Assembly (NCBI GenBank): GCA_045597465.1
Contig: JAZLKG010000086.1
Location: 2,994-66,993 of the forward strand
Reading direction: 5' to 3'
Source: Bacteroidales bacterium
GTDB lineage: Bacteria > Bacteroidota > Bacteroidia > Bacteroidales > UBA3824
Length of the DNA stretch: 64,000 nucleotides
The notes under the pieces were generated by a model. The model ran no database searches. It was not told the origin of the DNA and saw nothing but the letters and a program-made list of their open reading frames with translations. Made by a program: the position numbers and the translations under genes. The first letter of the stretch is position 1; each line of letters begins with the position of its first letter. This document shows, one piece after another, positions 1 to 12,181 of this stretch.

Positions 1-206
1 TGCTGGTGCTCGGCAATCCCGACTACAAGTGGCTGGCTGATGAGTCGGCCAAAATTTCGATGGAATCGGCAAGCACTGTATGGAAGCATTACGGCATTCC
101 CGAGAAGGTGGCCACTTCCATTGTTGCCAATCATCCCCACTGCATGCTCCCTGAGAGCCAGTACGAGATTGTAGGCGATTTCATTACTAAATTCCTTCTT
201 AAGTAG
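1..206 (+). CDS. C-terminal fragment of probable carbohydrate esterase (CE15/glucuronoyl esterase-like); 5' end outside window
   Basis: LVLGNPDYKWLADES...HPHCMLPESQ resembles the C-terminus of Bacteroidetes CE15-type esterases. Confidence 0.5.
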   Translation, partial: LVLGNPDYKWLADESAKISMESASTVWKHYGIPEKVATSIVANHPHCMLPESQYEIVGDFITKFLLK

Positions 207-339
207 CATCAGGACGATTCTTTTTTATGGAAAGTGGATTCGATGATTGTTTTTTTTCGTCGGATCCACTTTTTTTGTTTTATTTTTTGGACTTTGGGTT
301 TTTCTGTCCGTATATTGGATGTAACACAAAACGAAAACG

Positions 340-888
340 ATGGACAATATCTCCGATATCATTGGCAAATGCCGCAGTGGCGACCGTCAGGCTTTCCGCT
401 TGCTTGTGAAGAATTTTCACAGGCTTGTGTTCACTATAGCCCTTAAGATGCTGGCGAGCGAGGATTTAGCCAAGGATATCGTGCAGGAGACTTTCATAAG
501 GGTTTGGCAGAATCTGGACAGTTACGACGATTCGCGGAAGTTCTCCACCTGGATTTGCACCATCGCATCGCGGCTTTGTCTCGACGATCTCGATAAGCAG
601 AAGCGCACCGCCCCGATGCCCGATGACGAGAGGTTTCTTGCCGAGTTGGTGGATGCTGATACGCAGCATCAGCTCGAAAATAAAGAATGGGCACAGATTG
701 TGAGGGTGATGGCGCAGGACCTGAGCCCAAAGCAGCAGCTGGTGTTCACTCTTGTGCAGCTTCAGGGAATGGAAAGTACTGAGGTGCAGGAGATTACCGG
801 AATGGACGCCGACAGGATCAAGAAAAACCTTTATGTGGCGCGCCAGACTATTAGAGAACGTTTAATTAGACTTGGATATGGAAAATAA
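340..888 (+). CDS. ECF (sigma-70 family) RNA polymerase sigma factor
   Basis: Region 2 (DIVQETFIRVW, FSTWICTIA) and region 4 (LSPKQQLVFTL...IKKNLYVARQ). Confidence 0.9.
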   Translation: MDNISDIIGKCRSGDRQAFRLLVKNFHRLVFTIALKMLASEDLAKDIVQETFIRVWQNLDSYDDSRKFSTWICTIASRLCLDDLDKQKRTAPMPDDERFLAELVDADTQHQLENKEWAQIVRVMAQDLSPKQQLVFTLVQLQGMESTEVQEITGMDADRIKKNLYVARQTIRERLIRLGYGK

Positions 889-1279
889 GGACGATATACT
901 TGACGATTTTATTGCGCGTATCAGCAATCAGGAGTTGCTGAGCGTGGATGATGAGGACGATTTCATCGATTCCGTGATGGATGGAATTGGTGAGGAAGCA
1001 TCAGCCCCCGTTGCAAGGCTGCGTGGCTGGGTGATTGCCCTGCGCGCCGTGGCCAGCATTGCGGCCGTATGGCTGGTGGGTATGTTTTTCTATTTTGGAT
1101 ATGGTGTTGAGGACGAGGGTGTTGCTGCGCAGAGCAGCCTCAGCCACAATACTGATGCCGCCCCAACTCTGCCCTGCGTGGATGGCAACAGCACGCCCCG
1201 GGAAATTCTTGCGTGCTATTGCAAGGTTATGAAGGAGCAGAAGGAAAGGCAGGCTTTCTATAACAATTTAAAAATTTGA
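878..1279 (+). CDS. Single-pass membrane protein, putative anti-sigma factor
   Basis: Overlaps the sigma stop codon; acidic N-terminus and one TM helix (AVASIAAVWLVGMFFYF). Confidence 0.6.
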   Translation: MENKDDILDDFIARISNQELLSVDDEDDFIDSVMDGIGEEASAPVARLRGWVIALRAVASIAAVWLVGMFFYFGYGVEDEGVAAQSSLSHNTDAAPTLPCVDGNSTPREILACYCKVMKEQKERQAFYNNLKI

Positions 1280-1284
1280 GCATT

Positions 1285-2328
1285 ATGAAAGTTATATTTA
1301 AATTTTTGGCTGTTGTGGCCATGGCTTTGTCGATGGCTTCGTGCAAGCCCAATGCCGAGATGGAGACAGTGGTTAATGAGGACGGAAGCTGTTTCAGAAA
1401 GATTAATGTGCTTACTACTGAGCATTTTAGACGCTACGAGGGCTGGGATAAGGTGATGCATCCGCCTCTCGAGACTGTTAAGTCGGGACAGCTGGAGCTT
1501 ACGGCGGGCGATTCCATTATGGAGGCCTCTATGGGCAGGAATTTCGCTTCGGTGGGCGATATGTGCAGGGCGTGGAGCAAGTTCGAGAACAAGAAGTGGG
1601 CCATCCAGTCGGCAGGCACTTTCAAGACCACATTCAAGTGGTTTTATACCTATTACACTTTCCGCGAGAGGTTCAGTTTCCCTGACGGATTGGTTAAGAA
1701 ACCGGTGGAGCAATGGCTGACCCCCGAGGAGATGCAATATTGGTCTACTGGAGGGGCCGATATTCTGGGCGATTCTTTTGGCGATGAAGCCTATACCCGT
1801 TTGTTGGTTTTGAATGAGAAGATCCGTCGCTGGCGTTCTTCTGCTGTTCTTGAGTTGTTTTTTGAGGTTTTTGAGAAGCATTGGGATCTTATCGACAACC
1901 CTCCTGTTTCGCTTGACGAGTTCAAAATTATGAAAGATATCGTAAAATCCAGGGCTGATGAATCTTGGGTTGGAAGGATGGATTTGGATGTTGAGCTTGA
2001 CAAATTTTTCGAGACTGATGCTTTCTCCAAGGCTTGCCGCGATACCTCTAAGCCGATTTTCAACGAGTTGGCTGTTATCAGCAGCCGCCTGGAGGCAATG
2101 TGCAGCAGGTCTTATAAATGCTCGCTAAGGATGCCCGGCAATATTGTGGACAGCAATACCGGCAAGATAGAGGACGGCGTTCTTTATTACAAGCTTAGTG
2201 CCGATAATCTTCTGGATCATTATGATGTGATTGCAATTTCGCGCAAGGCCAATGTATGGGCGTTTGTGGTTTCTATTCTGGTGTTGGTGGCTGCCGTGGC
2301 CAGCTATTTCATCAAGGTCCGCAAGTAG
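1285..2328 (+). CDS. Hypothetical lipoprotein with C-terminal TM helix
   Basis: Lipobox-like SMASC after a hydrophobic signal; C-terminal WAFVVSILVLVAAVASYF; operonic with the sigma gene. Confidence 0.65.
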   Translation: MKVIFKFLAVVAMALSMASCKPNAEMETVVNEDGSCFRKINVLTTEHFRRYEGWDKVMHPPLETVKSGQLELTAGDSIMEASMGRNFASVGDMCRAWSKFENKKWAIQSAGTFKTTFKWFYTYYTFRERFSFPDGLVKKPVEQWLTPEEMQYWSTGGADILGDSFGDEAYTRLLVLNEKIRRWRSSAVLELFFEVFEKHWDLIDNPPVSLDEFKIMKDIVKSRADESWVGRMDLDVELDKFFETDAFSKACRDTSKPIFNELAVISSRLEAMCSRSYKCSLRMPGNIVDSNTGKIEDGVLYYKLSADNLLDHYDVIAISRKANVWAFVVSILVLVAAVASYFIKVRK

Positions 2329-2334
2329 AGTAAT

Positions 2335-2372
2335 AAAAAATGACACGCACTGGCGTACGTGTCATTTTTTTT
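2335..2372. terminator. Bidirectional intrinsic terminator
   Basis: aaaaaatgacacg...cgtgtcatttttttt between convergent genes. Confidence 0.75.
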
Positions 2373-2484
2373 AGTGACCGCAGGCGATGCCAGCGGTTAC
2401 CCAAGTAGTGGCCACAAGGGCCACCGTTCCATTATGAAACTCTTAATTCTTAATTATTAATTCTTAATTATTAGTTCTTAATTA

Positions 2485-4908
2485 TTAGTTCCCCAGAATC
2501 CTGAATTCTACCCTTCTGTTGCGGGCTTTTCCGGCTTCGGTGGCGTTGGTGTCGATGGGCTTGTCGGCGCCGTAGCCTTTGGATATCAGCTGGCTCTCAT
2601 CGCATCCAAGCGATATCAGGAACTCGCGGACCGATTCGGCCCTGCGCTGCGATAGTGTCTTGTTGGCCTCGGCCTGTCCAGAGTTGTCGGTGTGGCCCGA
2701 TATCTCCAGCCTGGCCTCAGGATTGTCGTCGATGAATCTTGCAAGGCGCATCAGCTCTGGCTTGGATTCCTGTTTAAGCTCGTATTTGTTGGTCTCGAAG
2801 AAAATGTTTTCGAGGATTATGGAAACCTTGCCGTCCAGGATGTCGTTTATGGAGTTCATCACGATGTTTCGCTCCAGCCTCATGCCTGTTTTCATGTTCT
2901 CGGTGTTTATGTTTCCTGATACGGGGTAATAGTTGTCGAGCTCCACGTAGTATCCGTAGTTGCGTCCGGCCGGCAGTGTTACGAAGTAGGTTCCGTTGGC
3001 GGGGTTGCACCTGAGGTTTCCGAGGGTTTTGCCGCTCTGGAGGTCTTCCCATTTTATGTTGGCTGCCAGCTGGTTGCCGTTGTTGTCGGTTACTTTTCCG
3101 AAGATGATGCCGATGGCCTCGGGGCGCATTTTTACGGGCAGGTCCACGGTGCAGATGTCCACGTTGCTTGATGTCATCTTGGTGAACATTGCGCTCTTTC
3201 CGTCGGTGGCTATCAGGTAGTTGTAGTCGTCGTGGGCGGTGTTTATCTCCTTGCCCAGGTTTACGGGCTCGCTCCATTCGGTCCAGCTGCTGTCGTTTAG
3301 TCGTGTTGACTTAAAGGCGTCCAGCATTCCTATGCCGTAGTGACCGTCGCTGCTGAAATATAGTGTCTTCATGTCGGAGGCCAGCCACGGGCTGCGCTCG
3401 GTGAAAGGCGTGTTGATGGTGGTGCCTATGTTGATGGGGTCGTTCCAGCTGCCGTCGTCCACGTTTCGGGTGGATACGTAGATGTCGCTGTTGCCGTGAT
3501 AGCTTCCGTGGAAGTATTTCTCATGGGGATGGTAGTTGCCCACGTTGCCGCGGCGGTCAGATATGAAGAAAATGGCGTTGCCGTCTGGCGAGAACGATGC
3601 GTCGCCCTCCCACGAGTTTCCGGTGTTCAGGCCCGGCATCTTCTTCAGCGGAGTCCATCCCGTGCCCTTCCGCTCGGTGAAATAGATGTTGGAATCCTTG
3701 TATATCAGCAGCATGTTGCCGTCGGGCGATACTGCCAGCGGCGCCTCGTTGCCCAGGGCGGTGTTAAACTGGTTGAAACCCTTGGCTTGTTCCCACTTGC
3801 CGCCCACCTTCCGCGATACAAAGATGTCCTCGTTGCCCACGTTGTCGGCGCGGCCGTTGGCGCAGAAATACAGCGTGTTGCCGTCGGGGGTAATCACGGG
3901 CGCGTATTCCATGTGCTCGGTGTTTATGGTTTGGGGCAGGGGAGTGGATTTGTACTTGTCGCCGGGCTCGCGCAGCATTGCGGCGGTTTTCTCAATGTCG
4001 CTGGCGCGGTTTGGGAACTTGGCCTTGTAGCTGGATATCAGCGCGGCGGCCTCGTCATACATGCCCATCTCCAGGTATGGGTACATTATGCGTTTCAGGG
4101 CCTCGTATGCCAGCTGGTTTGGTGCGGCCTTGTCGATGTAGGCCTTGTAGTAGGGCTCGTAGTCGGTGGAGTAGCTCAGGTTCAGCCTCAGCTTGAAACC
4201 CTCCTGCGCCAGCTTGTATTCCTCTTTTTCCTTGTTGGTGTAGTACGGATACTTGGGGTATTGCGCGGCAAAGGCGTCCATGGCCGACAGCTCGCCCTCG
4301 TCGTAGGCGTCGCGGCACATTTTCTGCCATAGTTTTTTGGCTAGGTCTGATGCTTCCTTTTCATGCGGCGTGCCAGGATAGCTGTCGGCAAAATCGCTGT
4401 AGGCCTGCATGGTGTTGGCCTTCTTGGTGTTTTCCCATGCCAGCTCGCCCTTGTTGCAGAGGGCCAGGTGGGTGAGGCTGTCGGCGCCGTCGAAGGTCTC
4501 TATAAACCACTGGTAATACTCGAAGGTGTTTTTTTGGCTTACGTTTGCCCATTCCACACCGGCGGCCTTGTTCATGGCGGCGTAGATGTCGCCCTTGTCG
4601 AATCCGTACACTTTCTTGCACACCTCCTTGGTTTTTGGCGATGTGGCCTGATACCTGTCGTGTGAGTTGCGCAGCATCCGGAATCCCTTGGTGGCGTTGT
4701 AGCCGCTGTAGTCGGGATTGCAGAACAGGCAGCCCATGCCGTAGTTGGCCGCCAGACTCTCTGTGCCCTTGCTGAGCGCCTTGCTGAACACCTTGGCCGC
4801 ATCGTCAAGCCGGTTGTTTCTCAGGTGGTCGAAACCCGATTTCAGCGCCTGTCCGCTGCACTCGCCTATGGCCAGGGCGAAGAGCGCTGCTGTTAGTATT
4901 TTTCTCAT
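2485..4908 (-). CDS. PD40/WD40-like repeat + OmpA C-terminal domain protein (PorE-like)
   Basis: Signal peptide MRKILTAALFALA; PD40 repeats (EYAPVITPDGNTLYF); OmpA motifs GHTDNSG, LSQRRAESV, NRRVEF. Confidence 0.85.
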   Translation of the reverse strand: MRKILTAALFALAIGECSGQALKSGFDHLRNNRLDDAAKVFSKALSKGTESLAANYGMGCLFCNPDYSGYNATKGFRMLRNSHDRYQATSPKTKEVCKKVYGFDKGDIYAAMNKAAGVEWANVSQKNTFEYYQWFIETFDGADSLTHLALCNKGELAWENTKKANTMQAYSDFADSYPGTPHEKEASDLAKKLWQKMCRDAYDEGELSAMDAFAAQYPKYPYYTNKEKEEYKLAQEGFKLRLNLSYSTDYEPYYKAYIDKAAPNQLAYEALKRIMYPYLEMGMYDEAAALISSYKAKFPNRASDIEKTAAMLREPGDKYKSTPLPQTINTEHMEYAPVITPDGNTLYFCANGRADNVGNEDIFVSRKVGGKWEQAKGFNQFNTALGNEAPLAVSPDGNMLLIYKDSNIYFTERKGTGWTPLKKMPGLNTGNSWEGDASFSPDGNAIFFISDRRGNVGNYHPHEKYFHGSYHGNSDIYVSTRNVDDGSWNDPINIGTTINTPFTERSPWLASDMKTLYFSSDGHYGIGMLDAFKSTRLNDSSWTEWSEPVNLGKEINTAHDDYNYLIATDGKSAMFTKMTSSNVDICTVDLPVKMRPEAIGIIFGKVTDNNGNQLAANIKWEDLQSGKTLGNLRCNPANGTYFVTLPAGRNYGYYVELDNYYPVSGNINTENMKTGMRLERNIVMNSINDILDGKVSIILENIFFETNKYELKQESKPELMRLARFIDDNPEARLEISGHTDNSGQAEANKTLSQRRAESVREFLISLGCDESQLISKGYGADKPIDTNATEAGKARNRRVEFRILGN

Positions 4909-5056
4909 TTTGTATTGTTTATCTGCTTTGTTTCTATAACGTTCCAAAGTTAATAATATTTTCCGTATTCCGGCAACTAAAATTTTATTCCCGATTTTGG
5001 TATTTAAGGCATAGAATATGCTATAATTAGTATGCAACAATAAAAATTTGTTTTTT

Positions 5057-7285
5057 ATGAAATTACTGAAATACACCGCATTGATATTGGCAATGCTCTC
5101 ATTATCAATGTCCGAAGCATCAGCAAACAATTCTATAGACAGCAAGCTCGACAGCCTTGAGGTGAAACTTCAGCTAAGCATCGAGCAGGAGGCGCCTATC
5201 GAGGAGCGTCTTTACATACTGAAGGCCATGTATGGTATCACAAAGATTACCAACGACCAGATGGCGCTTGAGTATTGCGGACAGGCTATCGAGATGATGA
5301 CCGAGGCCGGCGATGAGAGCCAGATGGCCGAATGGATGGAGGCTGTGGCTGATGTCTATTTCGAGAAGAGGGTGTACTATATGGCCATGGAGAGGTATCA
5401 TCAGGCATACGCCAGGTTCCATTCCGAGGGCGACGATGTAAGGGCCGCTTACGCCCTCATGAGTGTGGGTGATACTTACTTCATCCAGAATCTCGAGGAT
5501 GTGGCGCTTCAGAATTTCATAAAGGCTGATTCGCTTTTCCGCATCAACGACTGTCTGGAGGGCCGCAGCGAGGCGCTCATGAAGATAGGCAGGTCCGAGC
5601 TGCGCAATTATCAGTACGACAAGGCTATACAGCTGTTCAACCAGGCCTGCTCCATTGCCGAGCAGTGCAACAGTCCGCGTCTTGTGGCTCAGGTCTACAG
5701 GTATATGGCTGATGTCTTTGATATGAACGACGATTTCGAGCAGGAGGAGAATTATCTGAATATGGCCGTTACAAAGTACCGCGTTTCAGGCGACAGGTTC
5801 GATATGGCCCGTGTGTATTCGCAGCTTGGCGACATGCATTTCAAGAACGAGGATTTCGACAAGGCTTATGTAAATTATATCAGCGCAAGCAATATTTTCG
5901 AAGGTTTCGGCAATATAGAGAATGTGGCCTTCGTATGCAACAGGTTGGCGCGGATCAACTATATCCAGGGCGATATGGCTACTGCCGAGCGTATGGGGCG
6001 CAAGGCTCTCGATATGTCGCGTGACTATATGTGGCTGGAGCCTGAGGCTGAGGCCCTGCTGCTGCTTTCCGACATCCACAACGATCAGCATCGTGTGGAC
6101 AGCGCATATTATTACATGTCGCTGTATACAAGAGTGAGCGACGAACTGTATCAGAAAAAGAAAAGCGAGAGTTTCTCCGACCTTCAGGTTTCGCTTTCCA
6201 CTCAGGAGAAAGAGGCCGCCCTGGCAAGCGCCGAGCAGCAGATTCAGCGCAACAAGACTATTACCTTTATTATTATAGCTTTCTCGGTGGTGGTGGCTTT
6301 GTTTCTGGTGTATGTGGCCCGGAACTTCCAGAAGGCCAAGAAGATGAATGCCATGCTCACCAAAACCAACGAGGAGATAAATCTGAAAAACGAGGAGATA
6401 CTGCGTCAGAAGGAGATTGTCGACAAGGTAAACGAGGAGGTGCGCCTGCGCAACAAGGAGATAGAGGCCATCAACGAATCCATAAACTCGTCAATCAATT
6501 ACGCGGGCCGCATCCAGAAGGCCATGCTTCCAGATCAGGCTTTCCTGAAGCAGCATTTTGCCGATGGTTTCGTGTATTTCCATCCAAGAGAGGTGGTCAG
6601 CGGCGATTTCTACTGGTTCTCGGAGGTGAAAGCCCAGAAGGCTCCATCGCTGTTCCGACGCCGCGGCGCCGACGAGGACGAGGGCAGCAAGCTCATAATG
6701 GCTGTTATAGACTGTACGGGCCACGGCGTGCCGGGCGCTTTCATGAGCATGCTGGGCGACGCTTTCCTCAATCAGATTGTGAACCTTCAGAAAATCACCG
6801 AGCCCGACAAGATTCTTGAGGAGATCAACAACCTGGTTTTCACCACTCTTCAGCAGGATACCACCGAAAACAACGACGGCATGGATGGCGCCATCATCGT
6901 GGTAGACAAGGCAGCGCACACTCTCAAGTATGCCGGTGCCAAAAATCCGCTCATCCTTCTTCAGGACGGCAAGGTGGAGAAAATCAACGGCGACCTTAAG
7001 TCTATTGGAGGAATCCAGAAAACCGACGACCGCTCGTTTACATGCCACGAGATAGATATCACAAATCCTACCACCATTTATATATATTCCGATGGATATC
7101 AGGACCAGTTTGGAGGCGATCATGGCCGCAAGTTCATGGCCAAGAGATTCCGTGACATGCTGGTGGAGCTGTCGTCGCTGCCGTTCGATGAGCAGAGCGA
7201 GCTTCTCTACAAGCGTTTCACAGATTGGCGCGGCAATATTATCCAGATGGACGATACCACAGTGCTTGGTATCAAGTTCAGCTAA
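5057..7285 (+). CDS. TPR sensor - TM - coiled coil - SpoIIE/PP2C phosphatase
   Basis: TPR-like helices, one TM helix, PP2C motifs VSGDFYW, DCTGHGVPGA, SDGYQDQFGG, MDD. Confidence 0.85.
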   Translation: MKLLKYTALILAMLSLSMSEASANNSIDSKLDSLEVKLQLSIEQEAPIEERLYILKAMYGITKITNDQMALEYCGQAIEMMTEAGDESQMAEWMEAVADVYFEKRVYYMAMERYHQAYARFHSEGDDVRAAYALMSVGDTYFIQNLEDVALQNFIKADSLFRINDCLEGRSEALMKIGRSELRNYQYDKAIQLFNQACSIAEQCNSPRLVAQVYRYMADVFDMNDDFEQEENYLNMAVTKYRVSGDRFDMARVYSQLGDMHFKNEDFDKAYVNYISASNIFEGFGNIENVAFVCNRLARINYIQGDMATAERMGRKALDMSRDYMWLEPEAEALLLLSDIHNDQHRVDSAYYYMSLYTRVSDELYQKKKSESFSDLQVSLSTQEKEAALASAEQQIQRNKTITFIIIAFSVVVALFLVYVARNFQKAKKMNAMLTKTNEEINLKNEEILRQKEIVDKVNEEVRLRNKEIEAINESINSSINYAGRIQKAMLPDQAFLKQHFADGFVYFHPREVVSGDFYWFSEVKAQKAPSLFRRRGADEDEGSKLIMAVIDCTGHGVPGAFMSMLGDAFLNQIVNLQKITEPDKILEEINNLVFTTLQQDTTENNDGMDGAIIVVDKAAHTLKYAGAKNPLILLQDGKVEKINGDLKSIGGIQKTDDRSFTCHEIDITNPTTIYIYSDGYQDQFGGDHGRKFMAKRFRDMLVELSSLPFDEQSELLYKRFTDWRGNIIQMDDTTVLGIKFS

Positions 7286-7320
7286 ATATAAGTAGCCTGA
7301 TGCTGCCATAGTGCCGTCAG

Positions 7321-8193
7321 CTATTCGTTTTCCTGGGGAATCTCGGTGTTCTGCCAGCGGTAGTGGGCACCGTGCGATGCTGTGATGGGCTTGATGCGGA
7401 TTTGCATGTCGGCGTTGGTTACGAAACTTTTCAGTTGAAGCATTGCTGTTATTATTTTGTCGATCTGCTCGGTAAAGTTCTTGTGCGATACCGCCATCTC
7501 CACCATGGTCTTTTTGCCAACATCGAATGTAACCTTTACCCTGGTTTTCTGCTTCTCTATCACGTATGGAATGCCGGTGCCTCTCATTTTGCCGTTTAGG
7601 AGCAGCTCTATTGTGTTTTCCGCCATCTGGGTCAGTTTCTGCTGCTTGGTGATGTTGGTCTTCATCTTGGGCCAATGGTTTTCGCGGAAATCGTCGATGG
7701 CGTTGTCCAGGTTTATCAGCATCATCACCATGCGTCGCAGGTCCATCTTGTCGGTTTTCTCGTAGCGGCAGGCCGATAATACATTCGCCGTCGACTGCAA
7801 GTCTATGAAGTCTATCATCAGTCGGCTCCAGCTGCAGTGTCTGGAATCGGGATCGTATATGACCTTCAGCTTGAAGTTCTTGAAATCTATTGTCACCTCC
7901 TCGCTCTCGTCGTATTTGCCGTTGGTAGCCCATATTCCGTTGTAGCGGCGTTGCTTTTCCCTGATTCTCAAGCCGTTGATGTCGTACTCTGCCAGCATTG
8001 CCTTCAGGTCGTCCATGGTGTTGTCGGTATCAGCATTCTCCGGCAACTTGAATTTGAATTGACCAAGGATATGACGGTTGAGCATTATAGTCCATAAATC
8101 GTCTATGCTTTTCATGCGGCCATAATTGTCCTTCATGGCGCTTGACAGCGATTTCAGGATGCGCTTGTTTTCTGTCAGTTTAGATAAGTCCAT
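7321..8193 (-). CDS. Hypothetical protein
   Basis: 290-aa ORF collinear with ispF; no motif recognised. Confidence 0.65.
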   Translation of the reverse strand: MDLSKLTENKRILKSLSSAMKDNYGRMKSIDDLWTIMLNRHILGQFKFKLPENADTDNTMDDLKAMLAEYDINGLRIREKQRRYNGIWATNGKYDESEEVTIDFKNFKLKVIYDPDSRHCSWSRLMIDFIDLQSTANVLSACRYEKTDKMDLRRMVMMLINLDNAIDDFRENHWPKMKTNITKQQKLTQMAENTIELLLNGKMRGTGIPYVIEKQKTRVKVTFDVGKKTMVEMAVSHKNFTEQIDKIITAMLQLKSFVTNADMQIRIKPITASHGAHYRWQNTEIPQENE

Positions 8194-8301
8194 TGAATTT
8201 GTAGAAGTTGGAAGTTGGAAGTATATAGTATAAAGCTTAAAGTGTTTTTTTGTAGTATTATGTACTTTGATTTTTATACTTTAAACTTAATTCTATATAC
8301 T

Positions 8302-8781
8302 TTACTCTTTATAAATGAGGCATGTGGCATATACGGCAATGCCTTCTTCACGTCCGGTGAAGCCAAGTTTCTCCTCTGTAGTGGCTTTTATGGATATGTC
8401 GTCGATGTCGATATCCATCACCTTGGCCAGGGTTTCCTGCATTGTTGGGATATAGTTCTTTATCTTTGGTTTCTGGAGGCAGATTGTGCTGTCGATGTTC
8501 GAAATCTTGTATCCGGCCTCGCTGATTATGTCGCAGGTTTTCTTGAGCAGGATCTTGGAATCTATTCCCTTGAATTCTGCGCTTGTATCAGGAAACCAGT
8601 AACCTATGTCACGCTTGTTGGCGGCGCCCAAAAGGGCATCGCATATCGCATGTATCAGGCAGTCCGCGTCGGAATGTCCCACAGCGCCCTTGGTGTGTTC
8701 TACCTGGATGCCTCCCAGCCAGAAAGGCAGATTGTCGGCCAGCTTGTGAACGTCGTAGCCGAATCCGGTCCGTATCTTCAT
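8302..8781 (-). CDS. ispF: 2-C-methyl-D-erythritol 2,4-cyclodiphosphate synthase
   Basis: GFGYDVH, GHSDAD, DIGYWFPD, KATTEEKLGFTGR. Confidence 0.97.
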   Translation of the reverse strand: MKIRTGFGYDVHKLADNLPFWLGGIQVEHTKGAVGHSDADCLIHAICDALLGAANKRDIGYWFPDTSAEFKGIDSKILLKKTCDIISEAGYKISNIDSTICLQKPKIKNYIPTMQETLAKVMDIDIDDISIKATTEEKLGFTGREEGIAVYATCLIYKE

Positions 8782-8847
8782 TTTTTTGATTTTTGATTCT
8801 CGATTTTTTTGTTCTTCAAGCTTTCAACTTTAAGCTTTCAACTCCTT

Positions 8848-9966
8848 CTACAGCTTTGCCTGAGGGTACGATTCTCTTAGTGTATTTATCTGAGATTCAG
8901 AGAGTTTGTTTTCGCTGAGGTCAAGCTCTTGGATGTTCTGCATCCGGCTAATGTCGGGTAGTTTGCCTATTTTGTTGTTTGATAGGTTTACTGTGGTCAC
9001 AAAAGTCCACTTGCCTATGGTTTTGGGCAGTGCCTGAATCATATTGTTGGATGCGTTGAAATCCTGCATCATGGTCATCTCGCCTATGGATTTGGGCAGC
9101 TGATTCAGCCTGTTGTCCGATACATTCAGCATCTGCATAAACTGCATTTTGCCCATGCTTTTGGGCAGGTTGGTTAGTTTGTTTTCCGACAGGTCCAGAT
9201 ATGGCAGCTGTCCAAGTTTGCATACTGACTCATTGAGGCTTATCATGTTGTTTTTGTGGGCATCCAGTATCATCAGCATCTTCAGGTTGCCCATGGTGTT
9301 TGGCAGTCCCTCAATCTGGTTTTCTGATACGTCCAGACTCTGAAGCTCGGGCAGCATGCCAATGCCTTGGGGCAGTTGCTTCAGCCTGTTTCTGGTTATC
9401 GAGAGGTTGTTGAGCCTTATCATGTTGCTCATGTCGTCGGGCAGCCTGCTTATCTGATTGTCGTTCAGGTCCAGGAACTGCAGGTTGCTCAGCGATGCTA
9501 TCTCGTCGGGTATCTCTGTCAGCTTGTTGTTTTCCAGGTTTATCATTATCAGGCTTTTCAGTTCGCCGATTTTGGCTGATACTTTGCTGATGCTGTTGTA
9601 GCTTACGTCCAGGTATTGCAGGCTTGTAAGCTCCGATATGTCGGATGGAATCTCCCTGAGGCCGCATTCGTTCATGTTCAGCATGTGGAGGTTGCTCAGC
9701 ATATACACCTCTTCGGGAATGTCGCTCATGGTTTTGCCCGATAGATTCAGCTTTATAACCTTGCTGGGTGATTTCATGGCCTCGTCTATTGAGGTAAATT
9801 CGTAAGCATCAGCCAGATACTCATCAGCTAACAGACCTGTCTCCTCGTCCAGATACTGAGGTTTTATGTTTCCGTTTTCGTCAAACCATTTCTCGTTCTG
9901 AGCCTGTGCGCCCATTATTATTGCCGCGCATAGTGTTATTGTTGTCAGTATTCTTTTTGTATTCAT
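8848..9966 (-). CDS. Secreted leucine-rich repeat protein
   Basis: Signal peptide and ~12 repeats of 23 aa (LxxLxLxxNxLxxLPxxI). Confidence 0.9.
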   Translation of the reverse strand: MNTKRILTTITLCAAIIMGAQAQNEKWFDENGNIKPQYLDEETGLLADEYLADAYEFTSIDEAMKSPSKVIKLNLSGKTMSDIPEEVYMLSNLHMLNMNECGLREIPSDISELTSLQYLDVSYNSISKVSAKIGELKSLIMINLENNKLTEIPDEIASLSNLQFLDLNDNQISRLPDDMSNMIRLNNLSITRNRLKQLPQGIGMLPELQSLDVSENQIEGLPNTMGNLKMLMILDAHKNNMISLNESVCKLGQLPYLDLSENKLTNLPKSMGKMQFMQMLNVSDNRLNQLPKSIGEMTMMQDFNASNNMIQALPKTIGKWTFVTTVNLSNNKIGKLPDISRMQNIQELDLSENKLSESQINTLRESYPQAKL

Positions 9967-10076
9967 ATTTTTCGTCTTATGGTGGTTGTTTTTTTTGATT
10001 GTACAAATATAACTGAAATATTTTATTTTTTTATATTTTTATGCTGATATTTTTTTTGAGAGTTGTTCCCAATAAG

Positions 10077-10116
10077 AAAAATCCCCCAGCCACGCCGTGG
10101 GGCGCGCCGGGGGATT
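10077..10116 (-). terminator. Intrinsic terminator downstream of groEL
   Basis: aaaaatccccc...gggggatt hairpin with T-run on the minus strand. Confidence 0.65.
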
Positions 10117-10157
10117 GACACAATTAACATAATTTATTAACAAATTTCCTATATGGT

Positions 10158-11822
<1,665 letters not shown>

Positions 11823-11905
11823 TTACTCATAAACCTTCACGTTTTATACATTTTTTTATAATTGAGAGTTCTCTACTCTCTAATCTCTGTTCTCTAATCT
11901 ATCAC

Positions 11906-12181
11906 TTAGATTACTGCCAAAACATCGCTCTGGTTCATGATGAGGTACTCCTCACCGTCGAGCTCGATTTTTGTGCCGGCGTACTTGCCGTAGAGCACTA
12001 CGTCGCCAACCTTAAGCTCCATGGCCTCGTCCTTTGTGCCGTTGCCAGCTGCCATTACCTCGCCACGAAGAGGTTTCTCCTTAGCTGAATCTGGAATAAA
12101 GATTCCTGACTTTGTCTTTGTCTCAGCTTCCTGCACTTTTACTACTACTCTAGTGCCAAGAGGTCTAATGTTCAATGCCAT
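11906..12181 (-). CDS. groES: Co-chaperonin GroES
   Basis: IRPLGTRVVVK, SGIFIPDSAKEKP, LYGKYAGT. Confidence 0.98.
   Translation of the reverse strand: MALNIRPLGTRVVVKVQEAETKTKSGIFIPDSAKEKPLRGEVMAAGNGTKDEAMELKVGDVVLYGKYAGTKIELDGEEYLIMNQSDVLAVI

Noticed and set aside
6491-7933. Long antisense/alternative-frame ORFs (also 36621-37955, 56793-58439, 52283-53185, 3496-4332)
   Set aside because: Shadows of well-supported genes on the other strand or frame in GC3-rich coding DNA
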